NCBI GenBank assembly: GCA_016932855.1
Contig: JAFGCB010000027.1
Span: forward strand, 2,721 to 66,720
Origin: Candidatus Omnitrophota bacterium
GTDB taxonomy: Bacteria > Omnitrophota > Gorgyraeia > Duberdicusellales > Duberdicusellaceae
Reading direction: 5' to 3'
Length of the DNA stretch: 64,000 nt
Position numbers and translations under genes: made by a program. Shown in pieces: positions 57,407 through 64,000 of the stretch. Below the pieces are notes generated by a model. The model was not told the origin of the DNA. It was given only the letters and a program-made list of their open reading frames with translations, and searched no databases. Positions within the stretch are counted from its first letter, which is position 1, and each line of letters opens with the position of its first letter.

Positions 57407-59135
57407 GAGAACAGGTAGAATTCAGTCAATAAGCGGGAATTTAATCGCGGTGAAATTCCAAGGCAGCATAATCCAGAACGAGGTCGGTTTTGTCGTCTGC
57501 GGTAAGGAGCGTTTAAAATCCGAAGTTATACGCATAAGCGGCGATACCGCTTACATGCAGGTTTTTGAGAGCACTAAGGGTTTAAAGATCGATGATGTCG
57601 TGGAATTTTCCGGGCAAATGCTTTCGGTTCAGTTAGGCCCGGGATTATTGGGCCAGATTTATGACGGCTTGCAAAATCCCCTTCCGGAGCTGGCCGCCAA
57701 ACACGGATTTTTTCTTAAGCGGGGAGTTTTCTTAAATGCTATAGATTTTAACTCTAAATGGCATTTTACCCCGCTGGTAAAACCCGGGGATAGTGTTTCC
57801 GCCGGCATGCCGCTGGGGTATGTGCCCGAAAGCATTTTTAAACATTACATTATGGTTCCTTTTTATCTTTCAGGATCTTTTAGCGTTGAAGATATAGCCG
57901 CTGAAGGAGAATACCAGATAAAAGATATCATAGCTTCTATTAAGGATTCCCAGGCGAATAAGCATAATATTAATATGGCTTTTGCCTGGCCGGTGAAAAT
58001 CCCTATAACAGCTTACAGGCAGAAGCTCGCCCCAAACGAATCCTTAATAACAAAAGTTCGTATTATTGATACTTTTTATCCTATTGCCAGAGGGGGTACT
58101 TACTGTATTCCCGGGCCGTTCGGAGCGGGCAAAACAGTTCTTCAGCAGATAACAAGCAGGCACGCAGAAACCGATGTTGTTGTAATAGCTGCCTGCGGAG
58201 AAAGGGCCGGAGAAATCGTCGATACCTTAAGAACCTTTCCCGAGCTCGTAGACCCCCGCACAGGCAAATCCTTAATGGAAAGAACCATTATTATCTGCAA
58301 TACAAGCTCTATGCCTGTTGCCGCCAGGGAGGCTTCGGTGTATACGGCAGCTACCTTGGGAGAATACTACCGGCAGATGGGGCTAAGTGTTTTATTGTTG
58401 GCTGATTCCACTTCCCGCTGGGCCCAGGCAATGCGGGAAGTTTCCGGCAGATTAGAGGAGATTCCCGGAGAAGAAGCTTTTCCGGCATACCTTGAGTCGC
58501 GGATATCGGAATTTTATGAACGGGCCGGCTTAGTCGAGCTTCTAAGCGGTGAAAATTCCAGTCTAACTATAGGAGGGACCATCTCTCCGGCGGGAGGCAA
58601 TTTTGAAGAGCCGGTTACCCAGGCCACCTTAAAAGTTGTAGGCGCTTTTTTAGGATTGTCCAGGGACAGGGCAGAGGCCCGGAAGTTTCCTTCAATACAT
58701 CCCCTTGAAAGCTGGTCAAAATACCCGAGCTTTATACCTGCCGAATCAGCGCAGGAAGCAAAAAAGATTTTATTTAAGGGCAACGAAGTTAACCAGATGA
58801 TGAAGGTTGTGGGAGAGGAAGGGACATCTTTGGAGGATTTTATTATTTATCTAAAGGCCGAATTTTTAGACAGCGTATATCTGCAGCAGAACGGCTTTGA
58901 CGAAGTAGACGCGGTCACCTCGCCTGAGCGGCAAGAGTATGTTTTTACTAAAGTCCATAAAATATTAAGCAGCGATTTTCTTCTTGAGGACAAGGCACCG
59001 GCAAGGGATTTCTTTTATCAGTTAAGACATATGTTTATTGACTGGAATTATAAAGAGTGGGATTCCCAGGAATTCAAAGAACAGGAAAAAGAGATAGACA
59101 GTTTTCTGAAAGATAGAACAGGAAATAAATCCTAA
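57399..59135 (+). CDS. atpA: V-type ATPase catalytic subunit A
   Basis: Walker A GPFGAGKT, 578 aa, non-homologous insert region typical of A subunits. Confidence 0.9.
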   Translation: MPERTGRIQSISGNLIAVKFQGSIIQNEVGFVVCGKERLKSEVIRISGDTAYMQVFESTKGLKIDDVVEFSGQMLSVQLGPGLLGQIYDGLQNPLPELAAKHGFFLKRGVFLNAIDFNSKWHFTPLVKPGDSVSAGMPLGYVPESIFKHYIMVPFYLSGSFSVEDIAAEGEYQIKDIIASIKDSQANKHNINMAFAWPVKIPITAYRQKLAPNESLITKVRIIDTFYPIARGGTYCIPGPFGAGKTVLQQITSRHAETDVVVIAACGERAGEIVDTLRTFPELVDPRTGKSLMERTIIICNTSSMPVAAREASVYTAATLGEYYRQMGLSVLLLADSTSRWAQAMREVSGRLEEIPGEEAFPAYLESRISEFYERAGLVELLSGENSSLTIGGTISPAGGNFEEPVTQATLKVVGAFLGLSRDRAEARKFPSIHPLESWSKYPSFIPAESAQEAKKILFKGNEVNQMMKVVGEEGTSLEDFIIYLKAEFLDSVYLQQNGFDEVDAVTSPERQEYVFTKVHKILSSDFLLEDKAPARDFFYQLRHMFIDWNYKEWDSQEFKEQEKEIDSFLKDRTGNKS

Positions 59136-59162
59136 GAGCATTTTATAAAAGTTTATAGGTAT

Positions 59163-60497
59163 ATGAGGAAAGTATATAACAAAATACTCTCTATTTCCGG
59201 AAACGTTATTACCGTAAAGGCTAAGGACGTTTCATACGAAGAGCTTGCCGAGGTCAGCACCCAGCAAGGTAAATCCTTAGCCCAGGTAATAAAGCTCGAC
59301 GAGGATACGGTTTACCTTCAGGTATTCGCCGGCAGCAGAGGTATTTCTACTGATGATGAAGTCCGCTTTCTGGGCCGTCCTATGGAAGTTGCCTTCTCCG
59401 ATAAGATGCTTGGCAGGATTTTTGACGGAAGCGGCATGCCTAGAGACAAGGGTCCGGCTTTAACCGAGAACCTTGTACCTATAGCAGGCCCGTCGGTTAA
59501 CCCCGCCAAGAGAATTATCCCCAGAAATATGATACGCACCAATATCCCCATGATAGATGTTTTTAATTCTTTGGTTGTTTCTCAGAAGCTTCCTATTTTT
59601 TCGGTCTCCGGCGAGCCCTACAATGAACTCCTTGCCCGCATAGCTCTTCAGGCCGAAGTTGATATGATTATTCTGGGAGGAGTCGGGCTTAAGCACGACG
59701 AATACCTCTTTTTTAAAGATGTGCTTGAGGAGGGAGGTGCGTTAAACAGAAGCATCTTTTTTATCCACACCGCTTCCGACCCTGTTGTTGAGGGTTTGAT
59801 GGTGCCTGATTTATCTCTGGCGGTAGCCGAACAATTCGCGCTTTCCGGTAAGAATATTTTGGTTTTGCTTACTAACATGACTAATTTTGCCGACGCTTTA
59901 AAAGAAATCTCTATTACCATGGAGCAGGTTCCTTCTAATAGAGGATTCCCGGGCGACTTATATAGTCAACTGGCTGCGCGCTATGAGAAGGCAGTTGATT
60001 TTGAAGGCGCCGGCTCGATTACGATTTTGGCGGTAACTACTATGCCCGGAGATGATGTAACTCACCCTGTTCCTGATAACACCGGATATATTACCGAAGG
60101 CCAGTTTTATTTAAGAAACGGCCGGATAGAGCCTTTCGGGTCATTAAGCAGGCTTAAGCAATTAGTAAATGACAAAACTCGTAAGGACCACCGGGCGATT
60201 ATGGACGGCATGATTCAGCTTTACGCTGAATACAAGAATACTGAAGAGAAACGGGCCATGGGATTTAGGATGAGTCCTTGGGATAAGAAGCTTCTAAAAT
60301 ACGGCCGCCTCTTTGAATCGGAGATGATGGATTTGTCAGTAAACACATCTCTTGAGAAAGCTTTGGATAAGGGATGGAATATTCTTTCCGAGTGTTTTAA
60401 TCCCGAAGAGACCAGCTTCCGTACTGATTTGATAGAAGAGTTTTGGCCCCGCAAACAACAGGACACAGAAGACATAAAAAAGAAAATAGATAAGTAA
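59163..60497 (+). CDS. atpB: V-type ATPase subunit B
   Basis: 444 aa; nucleotide-binding fold without a canonical P-loop; ...[23 protein letters not shown]... Confidence 0.9.
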   Translation: MRKVYNKILSISGNVITVKAKDVSYEELAEVSTQQGKSLAQVIKLDEDTVYLQVFAGSRGISTDDEVRFLGRPMEVAFSDKMLGRIFDGSGMPRDKGPALTENLVPIAGPSVNPAKRIIPRNMIRTNIPMIDVFNSLVVSQKLPIFSVSGEPYNELLARIALQAEVDMIILGGVGLKHDEYLFFKDVLEEGGALNRSIFFIHTASDPVVEGLMVPDLSLAVAEQFALSGKNILVLLTNMTNFADALKEISITMEQVPSNRGFPGDLYSQLAARYEKAVDFEGAGSITILAVTTMPGDDVTHPVPDNTGYITEGQFYLRNGRIEPFGSLSRLKQLVNDKTRKDHRAIMDGMIQLYAEYKNTEEKRAMGFRMSPWDKKLLKYGRLFESEMMDLSVNTSLEKALDKGWNILSECFNPEETSFRTDLIEEFWPRKQQDTEDIKKKIDK

Positions 60498-60537
60498 CAT
60501 ATCCTTTAAATTGTAATTTCTAGCCTTAAGCTTACAT

Positions 60538-61149
60538 ATGCCTAAAGTTAAGCATACCAAGAACGAATTAAAGATGCAGAAAGACGCCTTAAGGCGCTTC
60601 AGCCGGTATTTGCCGACTTTGAAATTAAAGAAGCAGCAGCTGCAGCTGGAGATTATTAGAGTCCAGCGTTTAATAGACGAACTTTCCGGGCTTATAAAAG
60701 ATTTAGAAAGAAGGGTCTTTGCTTGGGTCGATGTCTTTGCCGAAGATGTTGATGTCGGCAAGCTGTTAAGCTTGAAAGACATTAAGACGGAAATAGTTAA
60801 TATAGCCGGGATAGACATGCCTCATTTTGCGGGAGCGGAGTTTATCGAACAGACTTACGATTTTTTGCTTACGCCTCTATGGGTTGATGCCGGGATAAAG
60901 GCTTGCAAAGAGTTTATCGAGCTAAGAGCAAAACAGCAGGTTCTTAGGAAGCAGCATGAGATTTTGCGGGAAGAATTGCGTATTACAGTCCAGCGGGTTA
61001 ATCTTTTTGAAAAAGTAAAGATACCCCAGGCTCAGGAAAATATCAGGGTTATTAATATCTATCTGGGGGATTTACGGACTGCGGAAGTCGTGCGGGGCAA
61101 GATTGCAAAAGCAAAGATAGAGAACAAAAGAGAGGCCCTTGCAGTATGA
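60538..61149 (+). CDS. atpD: V-type ATPase subunit D
   Basis: MPKVKHTKNELKMQKDALRRFSRYLPTLKLKKQQLQ canonical D N-terminus. Confidence 0.8.
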   Translation: MPKVKHTKNELKMQKDALRRFSRYLPTLKLKKQQLQLEIIRVQRLIDELSGLIKDLERRVFAWVDVFAEDVDVGKLLSLKDIKTEIVNIAGIDMPHFAGAEFIEQTYDFLLTPLWVDAGIKACKEFIELRAKQQVLRKQHEILREELRITVQRVNLFEKVKIPQAQENIRVINIYLGDLRTAEVVRGKIAKAKIENKREALAV

Positions 61150-62918
61150 TTGTTAAAATGCAGAAGCTTACAATTCTGGTGAGCACTAAGCATCGGGAAG
61201 AAGGTTTAAAGATATTAAGGAAACTGGGCGTGGTGCATGTAAAGCATTTAGAACCCTTGGTCTCTAAAGACATAACTTCTTTGGAAGAGAAATCCGTTTC
61301 TCTTAGCCAGGCCCTATCAATCATCGGCAACGAAAATAATCCGAAAGCCGCTAATCCCAAAGAAGATGTCCTTTCTCTTGCGGAGGAAATTATCGGCTTG
61401 CAGAAGAATAAAACAAGGTTGTTTAGCGCAATTCAAGATTGCGAAAATAAGCTGGATTGGTTTAGCCTGTGGGGCAAGGTTAGTCTTTCTTCCTTACGGC
61501 AATTAGAGGACTCAGGAATTTTTGTTAAGCTGTATATTTGTTCAAAAAAAGCCTTAAAAAATTTACCAAAAGATAAATTTATCCAGATTTTGCGGAGAGA
61601 TAAAACCGGAGTCTATCTGGCATTGGTTTCTTTTTCAAAAGAAGAGAGATTGGATTTAGAAGAGGTTATGTTTCCGGATACCGGTGCCCGGAGCTTAGAG
61701 GAGTTGGTGGCGGATAACAAAAATTCCTTAAGGATTATCGAGGCCAGGATAAAAGAGCTGGGAGCGTATAGAAAAGAGTTTTTAGCGTACAAGAAATCCT
61801 TGGCAAAAGAAATAGAGTTTACCAAGGTAAGACAGGGTATGGCCAAGGAAGAAGGGTTTTCTTATCTGGAAGGATTTTGTCCTAAAGAGGCGTTTTTTGA
61901 GTTTCAGAAGACCGCCTTTGATCATGGATGGGGCTATGTCGCCGAAGAGCCGGATGACCCCCAGGAGGTGCCCACTCTTATTAAGAACCCCAATTGGCTT
62001 AAAATAATAAATCCCGTCTTTAAGTTCATGGGTACTTTGCCGGGGTATAATGAATTTGATATAAGCCTGTGGTTTCTTCTTTTTTTCAGCCTCTTTTTCG
62101 CCATGCTTATCGGCGATGCCGGATATGGGTTTCTTTTTCTCTTTATGAGTATGCTGGCAAGGAAGAAATTTAAGAACTTGCCTGGCCAGCCTTTTATCTT
62201 AATTTATGTTTTAAGTATCGCTACCATATTCTGGGGCGCGGTAACCGGAACCTGGTTTGGCTACGAAAAAATAGCCCGGCTCCCCTTTTTTAGCTTTCTT
62301 GTAATAAATCAGATAAACAGTTTTGTGGACACTAATCAGATTTTTATGATGTATTTATGTTTTCTTATCGGTGTTGTGCATTTAAGCATAGCCCACGCTT
62401 TGATTGCGGTTAAGATGATAAATTCTCCCAAGGCTGTTGCTCAGCTTGGCTGGGTAGGCATATTATGGGGATTATTTTTTATTGCTGGCAAGCTTGTTTT
62501 GAATAAGCCTCTGCCGGGGTATACGCCGGCCTTGTTTATTTTGGGTGTTCTGGCGGTAGTATTTTTTTCTAACCCTCAGAAGAATATTTTAAAAGGTATC
62601 CTTGTTTCCTTGGCGGACTTGCCCCTAAAAATCATAAGCTCGTTTTCCGATGTTGTCTCGTATATCCGTCTATTTGCCGTGGGCACGGCAACCGTGGTCG
62701 TGGCCAAAAGTTTTAATGACTTAGCTCTAGCCAACGGCGTTAATAGTCTTATCGGCGGACTTATAGCGGCCTTAATCCTTTTTTTCGGTCATACCTTGAA
62801 TATACTTTTAGGCTTGATGTCTGTGATTGTCCATGGAGTAAGGCTGAACATGCTTGAGTTTTCCGGGCATTTAAATATGCAGTGGTCAGGAAGGCCCTAC
62901 GAACCTTTTAGAGAATAA
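61146..62918 (+). CDS. atpI: V-type ATPase subunit I (membrane a-subunit)
   Basis: 590 aa; hydrophilic N-half plus ~7 TM C-half with conserved R in the penultimate helix region (RLFAVGTATVVVA). Confidence 0.8.
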   Translation: MIVKMQKLTILVSTKHREEGLKILRKLGVVHVKHLEPLVSKDITSLEEKSVSLSQALSIIGNENNPKAANPKEDVLSLAEEIIGLQKNKTRLFSAIQDCENKLDWFSLWGKVSLSSLRQLEDSGIFVKLYICSKKALKNLPKDKFIQILRRDKTGVYLALVSFSKEERLDLEEVMFPDTGARSLEELVADNKNSLRIIEARIKELGAYRKEFLAYKKSLAKEIEFTKVRQGMAKEEGFSYLEGFCPKEAFFEFQKTAFDHGWGYVAEEPDDPQEVPTLIKNPNWLKIINPVFKFMGTLPGYNEFDISLWFLLFFSLFFAMLIGDAGYGFLFLFMSMLARKKFKNLPGQPFILIYVLSIATIFWGAVTGTWFGYEKIARLPFFSFLVINQINSFVDTNQIFMMYLCFLIGVVHLSIAHALIAVKMINSPKAVAQLGWVGILWGLFFIAGKLVLNKPLPGYTPALFILGVLAVVFFSNPQKNILKGILVSLADLPLKIISSFSDVVSYIRLFAVGTATVVVAKSFNDLALANGVNSLIGGLIAALILFFGHTLNILLGLMSVIVHGVRLNMLEFSGHLNMQWSGRPYEPFRE

Positions 62919-62996
62919 GTATTTTTTTATTAAGTAGGTTTGCCGGATAGGAAATTTATTAAAGAATTTTAATAGAAGCTAGCAAGAGGAGGTATT

Positions 62997-63437
62997 ATGG
63001 TACAAGGTTTAGGCGATATGAATCTTTCTTTGGTTTTAGCGGCCGCTGGTTCTGCCTTGGGGACCGGAGTTGCCGGGATGGCGGCAATCGGCGCCTGGAA
63101 AAAAGCTTTTGCCAACAATAAAATTGCACCGTTTATTATGATAGCTTTTGTGGGAGCACCTCTTACCCAGACAATTTACGGCATGATTCTTAGAAACGCC
63201 ATAAAAGACGCTAACCTTCCGCCGGAATCATACTTATTCCAGATGATAATCGGGCTTAGCGGCGGTTTGGCTATAGGGCTTTCTGCGTATATGCAGGGTA
63301 AAGCTGCTGCCCGGGCTTCCGACGCCTTGGGAGAAACAGGCAAAGGATTTGGTAATTATCTTATGGTTTTGGGCGTCATTGAAACCGTTGCTTTGTTTGT
63401 TATGATATTCTGCATGCAGGCTTTGCCGAAAATATAA
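62997..63437 (+). CDS. atpK: V-type ATPase proteolipid subunit K
   Basis: 146 aa, four TM helices, glycine/alanine-rich. AGGAGG SD. Confidence 0.8.
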   Translation: MVQGLGDMNLSLVLAAAGSALGTGVAGMAAIGAWKKAFANNKIAPFIMIAFVGAPLTQTIYGMILRNAIKDANLPPESYLFQMIIGLSGGLAIGLSAYMQGKAAARASDALGETGKGFGNYLMVLGVIETVALFVMIFCMQALPKI

Positions 63438-63556
63438 ATTTCTGATTCTAGTTTATGAAAAATAGGTAAGGCCGCATTGAAATAACAGTATCTAAGAAAG
63501 AAACGAAATATATAAACTTAATCTTTCCTTGATTTTTTGATATATTTTGTTATTTT

Positions 63557-63632
63557 TTATTTATAAGGGCGGTTGGCGCAGCTGGGAGCGCACATGATTT
63601 ACATTCATGGGGTCGCAGGTTCAATCCCTGCA
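63557..63632 (+). tRNA. tRNA-Val (anticodon TAC), CCA encoded
   Basis: Acceptor GGGCGGT/ACCGCCC, anticodon stem-loop CATGA-TTTACAT-TCATG, T-loop GCAGG-TTCAATC-CCTGC, 3' CCA. Confidence 0.85.
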
Positions 63633-63665
63633 CCGCCCACCATATTTTTTAAGAAAGTAAGTTTC

Positions 63666-64000
63666 GTGGAGCAGAAAACCTGTAAAAATCACGACCAAGT
63701 CGAGGCAAAGTGGAAATGCGAGATATGCCAGGGTTACTTTTGCGATGAGTGCATTAAGGTAAGCCAGATTACCGGCCTGGATATCCAGACTTGCAAAGGC
63801 TGCGGGGGAAAGTGTGACTTGCTTTCCAAGGTCGAGTCCGTCCAATCACAGGTAAGCCCGGCTGCTTCTTTCTTTGACCAGCTCCCTTCGGTATTCGCCT
63901 ACCCTTTTGTAAGGGGCGGGCTATCCAGATTTATTATAGGCGTTATTTTCTTTTCCTTTCTTAATTTCATCGCTTCCTTTTCTATTTTCGGGTTTGCTAC
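63666..64000 (+). CDS. Partial ORF: zinc-ribbon (B-box-like CxxH/CxxC x3) protein with C-terminal membrane segment; runs off the window end
   Basis: Manual translation from GTG 63666: VEQKTCKNHDQVEAKWKCEICQGYFCDECIKVSQITGLDIQTCKGCGGKCDLLSKV...FIIGVIFFSFLNFIASF. No stop before 64000. Weak RBS. Confidence 0.3.
   Translation, partial: MEQKTCKNHDQVEAKWKCEICQGYFCDECIKVSQITGLDIQTCKGCGGKCDLLSKVESVQSQVSPAASFFDQLPSVFAYPFVRGGLSRFIIGVIFFSFLNFIASFSIFGFA

Noticed and set aside
63621-63845. Minus-strand 74-aa ORF
   Set aside because: Overlaps tRNA-Val on the opposite strand and the plus-strand zinc-ribbon ORF; no coding features.

Overview
This window looks like the chromosomal origin region of a compact, low-GC bacterium. 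To the left, a minus-strand block runs dnaA-dnaN-DUF721-gyrB-gyrA-rarA-MTHFS-rny-ymdB-pilZ-dxs-OFOR subunits. To the right, rpmH starts a ~48 kb all-plus-strand array: rpmH-yidD-yidC, parAB with parS sites, ndk, yicC-DUF370-gmk-rpoZ, three tRNAs, thrS-infC-rpmI-rplT, trkA/trkH, pheST, tRNA-Glu, yvcK, rsmI, an expanded pyrimidine cluster, mutM, a pabB/pabC fusion, an ArsR-type regulator, a V-type ATPase operon (E-DUF2764-A-B-D-I-K) and tRNA-Val. The pyrimidine cluster is pyrR-pyrB-pyrC ... carA-carB-carB' ... pyrK-pyrD-pyrF, interrupted by insertions and carrying two tandem carB copies. The main non-obvious signals are: (1) a Mut7-C RNase plus EndoQ-like PHP nuclease gene pair bracketed by two copies of a ~100-nt GC-rich palindromic repeat, inserted into the pyr cluster; (2) a separate palindromic MITE/REP-like repeat family in two copies; (3) a perfect-palindrome operator (ATTCGCGCGAAT core) repeated just before three consecutive genes, including an ArsR-family regulator; (4) a tandem carB duplication with identical nucleotide blocks; (5) parS-like sites flanking the parAB promoter; (6) structured leaders at infC, at the rpmI-rplT spacer and at pyrR (a complete PyrR attenuator); and (7) no rnpA or recF at their usual origin-proximal positions. 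No CRISPR array, transposase or integrase was found.
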